Shown here piece after piece: positions 8,461 to 18,117 of a stretch of DNA of 26,495 bases; positions within the stretch are counted from its first letter, which is position 1; each line of letters starts with the position of its first letter. This stretch comes from Calditrichaceae bacterium (lineage in GTDB: Bacteria > Calditrichota > Calditrichia > Calditrichales > JBFXGD01), in contig JBFXLE010000038.1 in assembly GCA_050173015.1 (NCBI GenBank), positions 1 through 26,495 of the forward strand, in the 5' to 3' direction. Below the pieces are notes generated by a model. The model was given only the letters and a program-made list of their open reading frames with translations. It was not told the origin of the DNA and did no database searches. A program made the position numbers and the translations under genes.

Positions 8461-10638
8461 TTAGTGATTGCCGTTTCCATAAAAATCACGCGCTTTTGGT
8501 AAGATATAACGATTACGCCAGGCGCTTCTACCGGGTTCTTTTTCAATGTCCATATACTGCTTTTGGCCCGCTTTTTTATCTTTTCTGCTGTAATCAAAAA
8601 TCGAATAAAGATCTTTGATATGAGGTAACTGATCAAAATTTGTTCCCAAAAAACCGGTGACAAAATTTTTAAATTCAGTTATAAAAAAGGACGTGTCCGG
8701 TACATCCTTACTAACAACAGGCCAGATGGACTGGTAGCGTTTTCCTCCATCCTGCCGGACATCCAATTTTTGAATATCGATTTTAGAGCTTCCCATACCA
8801 AGAGGTTTTCCCATACCAATTTTCCAGCGACTTTCGGGATTCATTTCAATCGCCCAAAGTATGGCTCCCAATTCCTCGGCAGAGACGCTTTTTAGTGTGA
8901 TGGAAAATTTAAAGGTATGACCCGGAGCAAGAGGCTTTGCGGAACTTAAAATATTTTTATTCTGCGTCTCTTTATCAAATATATTATTCCCGCTTTGGTG
9001 CCAGTAGAATTTTCTGCCCGCGATTCTGCTCTGGTTTGGATCACTAAAATAGTCTTTTAAGGGATTACCGGCTTTTTGATTCAGATACAACTGATATGAA
9101 GAGGGTTTCGGCGAATTTAAGGGCCTGAGCGCGCGGGGATTATCCGAGCAATAAGCAGGATCTGCCTGAACCAGAGCGCCGTCTTTCATCTTGCCCGCAT
9201 AACGCCCGATACCGACCGATACTTTTCCCGCGAGCCCAATACTGTCTTTTCCGGGCATATTGAAATTTTCCGTGCCAAACAATTTTTGACAAAATTCTAT
9301 TTTAGATGCATCCTTACGGCTTTCTCCCTTAAATGCCGGCGGAACATACTGTTTAAGTGAATATTTGTATGGAATCCTGAACATCTGCGACCTGCCAAAG
9401 GCATATACATCCCTATTTTGCGCACCATTTTTATTGAGATAGAATACCGGAATACCATTATCAGGGAATTTTAGATTTTCACCAAACATGGCCGTTTTAA
9501 AGTCTGTCGCGTCTTTTTCATAGGCGGCAACAAATTCTTTACTCACACGAAGCCATCTGTCCTGATTGCGTTCTTCATCATAAAAAACGGTTTCATGCTG
9601 TTTGCTGTTCATCGGACCCGAAAGGACAAGCCGGCCTTTATGAGTTCCATTTCCCGCACCCTGCACAAGATTAAATCTTAATCGTCTGTGACCTAATTCG
9701 ATTTCACCCTGAATTACATCACTAAAGCTGATATTACTGTTATTCTTATCATTGAAATGATTCACATCATCTCCGGACCGAATCATTCCCGACGCGTCAC
9801 GGTTCCTAAAATGTAATCCATTAATATCCTGTTTTCTGATTTTTGCCCAACTTGCGGGTTGTATATAATAACCATCCGATCTTTTATGAAGAAATCCGGC
9901 ATTTACCAGATAGTTCCCCTGATTGATATTTAAAAAAAGCTGAGCATAATTATTTTTTGGGCCCATATCCCGGACAAAGAAGAAGCGGTTTTCAACCCGA
10001 TCATAGCCGTTGCCCGTCGCGGCTTCAACAATACTACGCAGCGCTCCTTTTAACGATGTGGCGGGGATGCAGGGTTCGTTTTCCGAAAAAAGATGAAAAA
10101 ACAATCCTGACGGCTTCTCTCCAATGCCGCCATCCATAATGAATAACGGCTCCAGATTGGTTAATCCGCATTCAATCGTGCCCGAATAGGTTTTATTATC
10201 TCCCGTATCCAGACTAACCATCACCGGCTTATCGGGCAAGTTCACAAAATTATAGGGCGAGAAAGCGCCGGAACTCGCGTTTCCCTGAGCGCGGCTTGGA
10301 TCTTTGGGTGGTTCAAATGTTGTAGTATCCTGAATTAATTGAATATCGCCAAAGTCATCCTGATCAATATTTATGGCTTCTTCATTATTTCCATTTTTAT
10401 CGCCGGTGGGATTATTTTCATTCAGTTCCGCGGGTTTTTCCGTGGTTATTTTTCTGATATCAGAATATTCTTTTAAATAGTAAACGGGTATTTCGGACTG
10501 GCCCCCGATTTCTGATATAATTTCAGGAAATCTGGATTTTAACTGTCTTGACCTAATGCCTAATCTGTTTCCATTCTTATCCAGAACAAAAAAGGCATTA
10601 TTTTCCTGGCAAATTTTTCCGCTTTTCCAATCAGCCAT
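8461..10638 (-). CDS. cas7: Type III-D large Cas7 with insertion (TIGR03986-like RAMP)
   Basis: PYNFV, IPATSLKGALRS, GRKFYWH, ELGAILW and KIGMGKPLGMGS glycine loop. Start moved from 10710 to ATG 10638 (GAGGAG RBS, directly after the csx19 stop). Confidence 0.9.
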   Translation of the reverse strand: MADWKSGKICQENNAFFVLDKNGNRLGIRSRQLKSRFPEIISEIGGQSEIPVYYLKEYSDIRKITTEKPAELNENNPTGDKNGNNEEAINIDQDDFGDIQLIQDTTTFEPPKDPSRAQGNASSGAFSPYNFVNLPDKPVMVSLDTGDNKTYSGTIECGLTNLEPLFIMDGGIGEKPSGLFFHLFSENEPCIPATSLKGALRSIVEAATGNGYDRVENRFFFVRDMGPKNNYAQLFLNINQGNYLVNAGFLHKRSDGYYIQPASWAKIRKQDINGLHFRNRDASGMIRSGDDVNHFNDKNNSNISFSDVIQGEIELGHRRLRFNLVQGAGNGTHKGRLVLSGPMNSKQHETVFYDEERNQDRWLRVSKEFVAAYEKDATDFKTAMFGENLKFPDNGIPVFYLNKNGAQNRDVYAFGRSQMFRIPYKYSLKQYVPPAFKGESRKDASKIEFCQKLFGTENFNMPGKDSIGLAGKVSVGIGRYAGKMKDGALVQADPAYCSDNPRALRPLNSPKPSSYQLYLNQKAGNPLKDYFSDPNQSRIAGRKFYWHQSGNNIFDKETQNKNILSSAKPLAPGHTFKFSITLKSVSAEELGAILWAIEMNPESRWKIGMGKPLGMGSSKIDIQKLDVRQDGGKRYQSIWPVVSKDVPDTSFFITEFKNFVTGFLGTNFDQLPHIKDLYSIFDYSRKDKKAGQKQYMDIEKEPGRSAWRNRYILPKARDFYGNGNH

Positions 10639-10639
10639 A

Positions 10640-11164
10640 TCAATTCTCCTCTCCCAAACCGGTGAATCTTTCCGCGACGATACGGGCCAGCCCGTCTTCG
10701 TCATAATCAATATATTGACGCACTTTCAAAACCGGGGCGCGATCACCGCCCGTGTCGGGTATCCGGTACGGACTGATCTGAAATTCGCCCATCAATCTGA
10801 CATCTTTCTCTGTTACCTTTTTATCTCCACCCGCCAACAGCCACTGTGTATCTATATAATTGTCTTTACCCAAATCGCCGTCTGCTATTTCCATCCATTC
10901 CACGGATTCGCCGTTTACCACCAGCCTCACTTCCCGGGTTTCATCAAAAATCCGCCCGCTGAGCCAGTTTTCGGGATTTGTCAGTTTATCCGCCGGCTCT
11001 TCCAGCGCCCGCATCTGCCCCTGGCTGATCTCGATCCAGAACGGTTTTTCCGTTGATTCTATGATTCCATAAGCTTTGTTAAAGGTATTCAGGAGCTTCT
11101 TACCCGCTTCGGCAACAGATAATTTCTGCTTTTCACCGGCTATTTTATTCATAATTTTTTTCAT
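10640..11164 (-). CDS. csx19: Type III-D subunit Csx19 (TIGR03984-like)
   Basis: GRIFDETREVR and C-terminal VRQYIDYDEDG.ARIVAERFTGL; canonical position between the double Cas7 and the insertion Cas7. Confidence 0.88.
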   Translation of the reverse strand: MKKIMNKIAGEKQKLSVAEAGKKLLNTFNKAYGIIESTEKPFWIEISQGQMRALEEPADKLTNPENWLSGRIFDETREVRLVVNGESVEWMEIADGDLGKDNYIDTQWLLAGGDKKVTEKDVRLMGEFQISPYRIPDTGGDRAPVLKVRQYIDYDEDGLARIVAERFTGLGEEN

Positions 11165-11166
11165 AA

Positions 11167-12621
11167 TTACGCGCCCTTCTTCATTTGCTCGTTAAACGAC
11201 ACGGATAATTGGTCCAGCCAGCGGACGGCATCCCCCGTGAATGTATCCGGTAAATCGACCGCGCCGGCGCTGCCTGTGAGCGCTTCCAGCTGCACTCTTC
11301 CGCCCATCAGTTTTTTTAGGGTCACCTTACCCATCCCTCTCATTTTCCCAAATCCAAGGCGTATTTCACCCGTGAACAGATCCTTTAGCAAATGACCAAG
11401 CAGACCGAGCTGCCATAATTCGGGATTTTGCACCTGAATTGCCAGTTCAAATTCCGCGTCCTGATTCCAGATCGCTTCCATACTGTACAATGCCCCGTCC
11501 TTTGCCCCGCCGGTCAGCGGATCAATGGCCACATGATTGGTCACTTTTGTCATATTATTGGTGTCTTTAAAATAGGCGTCTTCAAAGAGAAATGCCCCCT
11601 GCCCATCATCCGTCGATCCAAAGCAGAGACTAACTTCTTTTGGTTCGGCTCCTTCCTTGATCCGGTCTTCCAGATACTGTCCGAATTTTTTAAGATCGAT
11701 GGCTCCGTCACTCATATATTTTTTATACCAGAGCGGATCAAAGGCTTTTTTGTTTCGGCAAAGGTTGATAATTCGTTCCGTCTGAGCGCGAAATGCTCCT
11801 TTAATGCTGCTGCCCGGGATGACAAAACTTTCCTTTCCATCCTGATCCATTTCTTTACGGCAGACCATATCGGGCGCGTCACCGTCATAAGCGGATTCGT
11901 CCACTACGCCATCCTTAATCATAAAGGGGCCGTCAATACCGCATAGAAGCCTGAAATTCAGGAATGTTTTGTTTGATTTAACATCGGGAAATCCGGAGTA
12001 ATCTACCGCCTTTGCCCTGTCATTCACCAGGAATTCAAGGTACGAATCAAACTCCTCCGCTTTGGATAAATCCCAGATATAAACTTTTTCTTCCGTCAGC
12101 GTAAACCGTCCCATTCCCCGGGATCCGGACGCGCCGAGGATAATTTCACTGTTTTTGAACCCTGTAATCCAGGCTTTAACCATTCCTTTTATCTGATTGA
12201 GGTCAATTTCTTCGTCCAGATCAATTTCAAGTAAAAAATCGAAGGTGGAACCGGCTTCGATAATTTCTTCGTCAAATTTGAGAGACGGAGCCGCAGTGCC
12301 TGTTTCACGCATTATTACCAGATGGTCGCGAATGGATCTTGCCGAGACGGAGTGAATTTCGGCATCTTCCACAAATACGCGGGAAGCCCATCCGTCGTCC
12401 CCATTTTGATAGCCGAATAACTGAGTTATGATTTTTTCATCTTTATATAAGTTTTGTGCATAAGCGCGCAGTGCGCCGGCAAGGCTTGTTCCGGGAATGT
12501 AAAAATTTCCCGAACCGTTTCTGGCCAATGGCTGATCGGTATAGAAATCATCCCCGACCGCGCCCGTGTGAAAAGCGGTCCTGTTCTTCAGTTTTCCGCG
12601 CAAAATCAATTTTTTAGCCAT
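11167..12621 (-). CDS. cas7: Tandem Cas7-Cas7 (Csm3-like x2) RAMP
   Basis: Two RAMP units: IPGTSLAGALR...LGASGSRGMG and IPGSSIKGAFR...LGFGKMRGMG. Each has an Asp at the Csm3 catalytic-loop position (FYTDQP, DAPDMV). Confidence 0.9.
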   Translation of the reverse strand: MAKKLILRGKLKNRTAFHTGAVGDDFYTDQPLARNGSGNFYIPGTSLAGALRAYAQNLYKDEKIITQLFGYQNGDDGWASRVFVEDAEIHSVSARSIRDHLVIMRETGTAAPSLKFDEEIIEAGSTFDFLLEIDLDEEIDLNQIKGMVKAWITGFKNSEIILGASGSRGMGRFTLTEEKVYIWDLSKAEEFDSYLEFLVNDRAKAVDYSGFPDVKSNKTFLNFRLLCGIDGPFMIKDGVVDESAYDGDAPDMVCRKEMDQDGKESFVIPGSSIKGAFRAQTERIINLCRNKKAFDPLWYKKYMSDGAIDLKKFGQYLEDRIKEGAEPKEVSLCFGSTDDGQGAFLFEDAYFKDTNNMTKVTNHVAIDPLTGGAKDGALYSMEAIWNQDAEFELAIQVQNPELWQLGLLGHLLKDLFTGEIRLGFGKMRGMGKVTLKKLMGGRVQLEALTGSAGAVDLPDTFTGDAVRWLDQLSVSFNEQMKKGA

Positions 12622-14230
12622 TGTTCTTCCTCCATTTGATGATCAGACCGCAAAATGTGGTGATAAACAGGATGACCGCCTTAAGATGAAATCGGGAAGT
12701 GTGATAGTATTGGGGCAGCCGATCCAATTCTAAAAATTCATAAAACTTTGTCCGGTCACTGATCACTTCTGTAAAAAACCGCATCAAATCTACCTTTAAA
12801 CCAGGTATCTCAATCTTAGCGTTCCACTGACCCTCTTTGTGTGCTTTTTTATCCCGTTTATTGTTCATATAGCTTTGTATCTCGCTCACACCGGTTGCAT
12901 TCAGCGCTTTGTTGCGCAACTCCTGAAGCTGTGTGTTACGCGGAAACTTTTCAAACGCGGCTTTTAGCTCTTTATCTCTTTTCGCGACAATTTCACGCAC
13001 TTTTTTTAGGATAATGACCGCCGCCTGTTTTTGAAATACGGCATCGGCCATATTTTCCGGAAGCCCTTCTATTTCCCACCAGTTTTTTACCGAGGCAGAT
13101 TCCGGATCCGGAACACTCACACCCGGAATATTGATTTCATTGCTGCCGTTACGCAGATGAAACAGGGAATTGTCAATGGCAATTCTTCCGTATCCCTCGT
13201 TGCGGCGTTCACCCAATCCATGTTGAAGCAGATACTGAATCGCCTCGTTCTTTCGCGCCCCCGTTATCCGCAGATGAAACACACTTCCCATCCTCACCGC
13301 CGGAACCATTGTCCGGAACTGTCCCCAATATCCGTTAAAACCGGATATCGTTTGAGATTTCTGATAATCATGAGTATCAGCCGCCTCAGCCACTTCAATA
13401 TTTTCAAATCCGGCTTGGTTTAAATATCCCGCTACTGCTTCGGCGGTAATCAACGATGAAGGTAAGCCGTTGGAATCTCTTAGAATGGCGTCACTTTCGA
13501 GAACCAGCCTTAAATCTGTTTTTTCGGGTATATTGTTTATTTTAAATTCTTCCGGATCCGATAAGGTCAGCACCGCCGATCCATATTCTGCGGATAATGA
13601 ACGCCCAATTTTAATCTCTCTTCTGCCACCAAAAAATTGATAAAAATGGCCGGCGTCTTCTTTATCGGCAAAACGTATTTCACCAAAGAATGTCTGACCC
13701 GCCGAAAGCGCTTCATAAACAAATACACCCCCCGTTTTGGTATCGGGACGCTGTGTATCGGGATTGACAGAGTTATGTGTAAAGGTTTCTTTATGAACCG
13801 GCACCCGGAACGGAATTTGATTAACCATTCTGAACCAGCCCGGTTTTAACGGTTTAAATATCATTTTTTCCGGCAGCGTGTCATTGTCCCGGTACATCTC
13901 ATACAGTTTCGCCGCTCCGGAATCTTCATCATCTTTCAAGGTTGGCAGATCCTTTTCACCCTTCGGATAATAGTAGCCCTGCGGGATAATCTCCGCCTGG
14001 TGTTCCGATCCGGCAATCGCGTTTCCGAACATGATTCTTTCGGTAGCTACTAAATCCTTGATAGTGATAAATCTTTCTTCTTCCTTTTTACGATCCAGCA
14101 TGCCGGCGGTTATTCCAAGCAGCACATTTCCGGGTATAAAATCAAGAGATCTGCGCCGGTTGGATTCTCCGGAATAATCCGAAATAACCGCGGGTCTTTC
14201 AAGATATATCTGATAATTTATCCTATACAT
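12614..14230 (-). CDS. csx10: Csx10 (Cas5-group RAMP) with probable C-terminal Cas11 small-subunit domain
   Basis: SLDFIPGNVLLG, IGRSLSAEYG, GLGERRNEGYG. The helical C-terminal ~140 aa (PRNTQLQELR...W...) resemble Cas11. Start moved from 14254 to ATG 14230 (GGAGG RBS, 8-nt overlap with the cas7 stop). Confidence 0.82.
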   Translation of the reverse strand: MYRINYQIYLERPAVISDYSGESNRRRSLDFIPGNVLLGITAGMLDRKKEEERFITIKDLVATERIMFGNAIAGSEHQAEIIPQGYYYPKGEKDLPTLKDDEDSGAAKLYEMYRDNDTLPEKMIFKPLKPGWFRMVNQIPFRVPVHKETFTHNSVNPDTQRPDTKTGGVFVYEALSAGQTFFGEIRFADKEDAGHFYQFFGGRREIKIGRSLSAEYGSAVLTLSDPEEFKINNIPEKTDLRLVLESDAILRDSNGLPSSLITAEAVAGYLNQAGFENIEVAEAADTHDYQKSQTISGFNGYWGQFRTMVPAVRMGSVFHLRITGARKNEAIQYLLQHGLGERRNEGYGRIAIDNSLFHLRNGSNEINIPGVSVPDPESASVKNWWEIEGLPENMADAVFQKQAAVIILKKVREIVAKRDKELKAAFEKFPRNTQLQELRNKALNATGVSEIQSYMNNKRDKKAHKEGQWNAKIEIPGLKVDLMRFFTEVISDRTKFYEFLELDRLPQYYHTSRFHLKAVILFITTFCGLIIKWRKNNG

Positions 14231-14876
14231 TATTTCCGGCCCTCCATTTTTCAAGCATCTCAGCGCGAGACCCGTCCCGCGCCAGTGTCATTTCCACCCT
14301 TCCTTTACCGCGCCGCCTGGTCCCCCCGATACGCTGTGTATGGAGAAGAAGCAGGCGCAGCAGATTCAATTCATCTTTTTCAAATTCACTGCCGTCGTGA
14401 CGGTAAATTTTTGCGTCAAAGGTCATATCCTTCCGCCCAAGCTCTATAAATCCAAGCTGCTGATTTTTTGCTTTGTGATTTTCATCCAGAGAAATCCGCG
14501 GGCTGACAAAACTGATCTCATTCAGCCAGATATTTCGGATATCCTCGGGCGCGTGTTGAAGCGAGGTGTTCTTATACGCGTCCCAGATACCATCTTCAAC
14601 ACGCCATTTGCCTGTCTGGGAATGCGTATTTTTGTCCCGGAGTTTATGGGTTCCCCAAATGACCGATGGTCTAAGGTGGCTGATCCCCTTCAGATGTTCC
14701 AGTTTCCATAATTTTTCATGCGTGTCCCTCAACACGCCGCGTATTGAACGCCCCGGAATAAACGGGAAACCGTTATTATCTCTTAACAGCATATTATCGG
14801 AGACACCGGGTAAGCCGATTCCTGTGCCGATATGCCAGTCACTGATAAACTTGAGTGTTATATCGTATGTTTTCAT
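14223..14876 (-). CDS. cas7: Cas7 (Csm3-group RAMP)
   Basis: SDWHIGTG...SD..LLRD..GFPFIPGRSIRGVLR and IGGTRRRGKG glycine loop. Confidence 0.92.
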   Translation of the reverse strand: MKTYDITLKFISDWHIGTGIGLPGVSDNMLLRDNNGFPFIPGRSIRGVLRDTHEKLWKLEHLKGISHLRPSVIWGTHKLRDKNTHSQTGKWRVEDGIWDAYKNTSLQHAPEDIRNIWLNEISFVSPRISLDENHKAKNQQLGFIELGRKDMTFDAKIYRHDGSEFEKDELNLLRLLLLHTQRIGGTRRRGKGRVEMTLARDGSRAEMLEKWRAGNNV

Positions 14877-16495
14877 TTGGACCCCGTTCCGTTTTCGTTG
14901 ACAAATTCAAGCGTCTCGATCAAATCGAAAATCGCCGTGCTATATGGTTCTGATGATCTAAATAAGGTTGGAGTGTCGTGGTAGTTGGTGAGAATGGATT
15001 CAAACTTCTTTGACTTCTTCATGTTAATCAGATTGATTTGCAGCTCCTGTTCACCCATCTCATAACCTTCTTTAGCTGAATTCAGTAGCGCTTTTAAACG
15101 GGTGCGCGGATAATCTTCTGTGTTTTTCAATTTTACAACGTCTTTAATCAATTGATCAAAGGACCTGTTTCCCGTATTATTGCCGATAACCCGGTAGGGT
15201 TTTTGCGTCAGCCACAGTTTTTTCCCGCCGCCGGTATAACTGTATTTGCGCTTTCTCATCTCCCAGATCAGATCCACATCCGTATCGGTTGAAACATGCC
15301 AGTCAATCCAGGCTTCTTCCTTATCTTTGTGCGCCGATTTCGCGGAAGTGATCAGCGATTCCGCCATCATATACGCCTGGTCAAAGGGGTAATGACTATG
15401 AACAATCGCCACACCCGCCGATGCCGTCAGACCATTCGCCGTGAATGATTCGGAAAATTGTTTGCTGACCTCATGAAAAGCTTCCTGATATACTTTACAG
15501 CATTCCAGCGCGATAACACCCGGGACTACCGCCGTAAAATCATCCCCCCCGATAATGATGGGACGAATCGGTAAGGTCGTTCTACCCTTCGCAGTTCCTT
15601 CCTTCACTGTGTTCTTTTGTAATATCCCGGTGTCTCCATTGGTCCATTGCTCATAGTTTGCCTCGACCCACTGCAGGACCTTTTCAAACACCAAATCGCT
15701 GGTCCTGCTGATATCCCCTGAAAATTGCCGCACTTTTTCAATATAATGTCTCGGAGATGGTGAATCCCCGAGCAGACTGACAATCTTTTTTCCCATCTGA
15801 TTGCCGTCGGCATGGATAATCGCTATATAATCCTTTCCCGATTTTTGACCCAGTTCATCCATATCCTTTGGAAAAGTACACAATTTACCGTTTTCACCTT
15901 TTAGGGTAATTTTGTTCATTTCATTCAGAAAACTGTCTTCGGCATATTCCCGTTTTATCAGTGACTGCGAAGACAAGCGTTCCTGATCTTTGCCGTATGA
16001 TATATGACCCGCGGCGGGCAGCCCGGTAGAATGACATCTGGCGACAAAAGGCGATGCCAAATCTCCCAAATTTGCCTGATGTCGTGCTTTTTTTCGCGCC
16101 AGTTTTGCTTCAGCCGTGTTGATGATGTTTTTAAAGTTTAAATTTTCCGACCAGTCAAATTCATGATGAATAACCTCAGCTTCCAACCCCGGCGCGTCGG
16201 TCAACAATCTTTTTGTCCAGCGTTTGATAACTGTTTTTGCCGTTTCCAAATCTCTGAACAGTATTTTCGCGTTCCCGCCGCCGGCGTAAATCACTTCGAA
16301 ATCGGCGCCGGTCTCAATGGCCGGCTGGTTTTTAATGACCTCGGTCGGATGTTCTGCGCGGATTCCCAGGCTTTCGAAAAGCCATTGACCCGTAGCCAGC
16401 TTGACTATTTCAGAAGCGCCGACAATTTCTCTCAGTCTGTTGCTTCCAAATATATACTGCTGGATTTGCAGTGTGTCGATCAATGTTAAAATCAT
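14873..16495 (-). CDS. cas10: Cas10, type III-D form (no HD domain, intact cyclase palm)
   Basis: Starts directly with IDTLQIQQYIF.SNRLREIVGAS; YAGGGN, IIHADGNQMG, RPIIIGGDD, SAGVAIV..HYPF; 540 aa. Confidence 0.96.
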   Translation of the reverse strand: MILTLIDTLQIQQYIFGSNRLREIVGASEIVKLATGQWLFESLGIRAEHPTEVIKNQPAIETGADFEVIYAGGGNAKILFRDLETAKTVIKRWTKRLLTDAPGLEAEVIHHEFDWSENLNFKNIINTAEAKLARKKARHQANLGDLASPFVARCHSTGLPAAGHISYGKDQERLSSQSLIKREYAEDSFLNEMNKITLKGENGKLCTFPKDMDELGQKSGKDYIAIIHADGNQMGKKIVSLLGDSPSPRHYIEKVRQFSGDISRTSDLVFEKVLQWVEANYEQWTNGDTGILQKNTVKEGTAKGRTTLPIRPIIIGGDDFTAVVPGVIALECCKVYQEAFHEVSKQFSESFTANGLTASAGVAIVHSHYPFDQAYMMAESLITSAKSAHKDKEEAWIDWHVSTDTDVDLIWEMRKRKYSYTGGGKKLWLTQKPYRVIGNNTGNRSFDQLIKDVVKLKNTEDYPRTRLKALLNSAKEGYEMGEQELQINLINMKKSKKFESILTNYHDTPTLFRSSEPYSTAIFDLIETLEFVNENGTGSK

Positions 16496-17050
16496 GCGAT
16501 TCCTTTCACTTCTGTATAGATTTATTATAACTTTTATCCAGGCTAAACCTGAAAGCGATTAATTCTACACGCGAGTTATTTGAGAAATAAATAAGTGTTA
16601 TATGGGCGCCCGAAACCGGGTATTTCGATCCGCCTTTTTCCAAAGCGGAAAACAGAAATATTTATAGATAACCTGTGTTGAATAATCTTGAATGAAAGTT
16701 CCAATCATCTGCCAGATCCGCCAGTTTTCATAACCGATAAACCCATTACCGTATTCTGTATGGTTAATAGTTTATACTAATATTCTGATCCACGTCGGAT
16801 TGAATGATAAAAATGGAAGCCCGGATACGTACAAAAGCGGGTAAATAGGTCGATTAGATAAAAAAATCCATTTCACAGATCATATCATCCAGATATATAA
16901 AAAATAATCTATCACCTATATCGGAATAAAATCCGCAATCCTTAGGGATATTTTACAGGTAATACTTAAAATTTTCATCTTAAAATTAAAAAGATATTTT
17001 TTATCATTCAATGAATTTTCATATTATTTTTCTTACTGTTTACCGGCGTA
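16496..17050 (-). promoter_or_regulatory. AT-rich intergenic region, probable promoter of the cas operon
   Basis: 555 bp with no ORF in the track, directly upstream of cas10. No specific -35/-10 assigned. Confidence 0.5.
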
Positions 17051-17545
17051 TTAATTTATGGATATAATTTCAATCATTTGCTTTTTTCTCCCCATTTGAA
17101 ATTCTACAATTTCTCCGGCCTGACTATTTATAATCGCCTGAGAAAGCGGCGCCTGAGATGACACAGTCATGATATTCAGATCTTTGAGATCCATCCCCCC
17201 GGCTTGGGTAATCAATAAAACATTTTCTTCTTTTCCGCCATCCTTCCATTTCAAACGAACCAGACTGCCTAAACGGACACGGTCATTTGAATCCGGAAAT
17301 GACATTTCCTTCAGTTTTTGATAGATCTGCCTTAATTCCATAGTTTTTCGCGCATAAGCGTCCGCCTCATATCCTGTTTCAATTTTATGGGTGTCATATC
17401 TGCTTTGATTCCGCCCCTCTGATTCATTGCTTCGGCGACACGCGTCTTCAAATGATTTCTCATACAATTCTATTCTGTTTTGTATTTCTTTCAGCAGTTC
17501 TTTTTTGATTTCCTTTTTACATACCGTCATGAGAATCCCTTTCAA
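17051..17545 (-). CDS. GreA/GreB-family (transcription elongation factor-like) protein
   Basis: N-terminal coiled coil with SRYDTHKIE tip; C-terminal VRLGSLVRL...VSSQAPLSQAI..SQAGEIVEF typical of the GreA/B C-domain. ATG at 17530 may be the real start. Confidence 0.8.
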   Translation of the reverse strand: MKGILMTVCKKEIKKELLKEIQNRIELYEKSFEDACRRSNESEGRNQSRYDTHKIETGYEADAYARKTMELRQIYQKLKEMSFPDSNDRVRLGSLVRLKWKDGGKEENVLLITQAGGMDLKDLNIMTVSSQAPLSQAIINSQAGEIVEFQMGRKKQMIEIISIN

Positions 17546-17547
17546 GG

Positions 17548-18117
17548 CTAATTTTTAAAATTTAACAAATGTAGGATTTTTTCGGCTACTTCATCCGGGG
17601 TGAGATTTTCATTTCCCGTGGTAAACCGGACCATATCCCGCGTATGCCGCATCTGGTAGGCAATAGCCGACAACATATCGGGATCTGATTCAAAGCTCTC
17701 TTTTTGCGATGAAGCCCTGTTCTCAATCCGGCTGATCGCGAGCGGAACGGGTACATCAAGAAAAATCGTTTTTGCCGCCGGATACAATCCCGCTGTTTCA
17801 ATAATTCTTGACAGCGGTTTCCTTAGTATGACCTCGTGATATATCCGTAACGAATGAACATAGCGGTCCAGAACCAGTCCCTTCCTGGTGGTGGTCTTTA
17901 GCGCCTCATCTACTGTGTCTTTTACGGCTCCGAGGTAAAAAAGAAACCGTGAAAACATATTTGTTTCCGGTTCATCAAAAAAGGCTCTCACTTTTTGATA
18001 CTTTTCAGAAGGGGTTTTTATATAATCAAAACCCAACCGTTCAGCCAATAATCTGGCGGTGGTGGTTTTACCGCTTCCGTCTATGCCTTCTATGGCGAGA
18101 AGTAATTTTTCAGTCAA
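17548..18117 (-). CDS. Nucleoside monophosphate kinase, thymidylate kinase / CMPK2-like
   Basis: P-loop IEGIDGSGKTT, KTP...RAFFDEP...RFLFY, LDRYVHS, IFLDVP...RI..R. Confidence 0.88.
   Translation of the reverse strand: MTEKLLLAIEGIDGSGKTTTARLLAERLGFDYIKTPSEKYQKVRAFFDEPETNMFSRFLFYLGAVKDTVDEALKTTTRKGLVLDRYVHSLRIYHEVILRKPLSRIIETAGLYPAAKTIFLDVPVPLAISRIENRASSQKESFESDPDMLSAIAYQMRHTRDMVRFTTGNENLTPDEVAEKILHLLNFKN

Noticed and set aside
14223-14254. Frameshifted cas7-cas5-cas11 pseudogene
   Set aside because: The downstream ORF has its own GGAGG RBS and an ATG overlapping the upstream stop, which is ordinary translational coupling.
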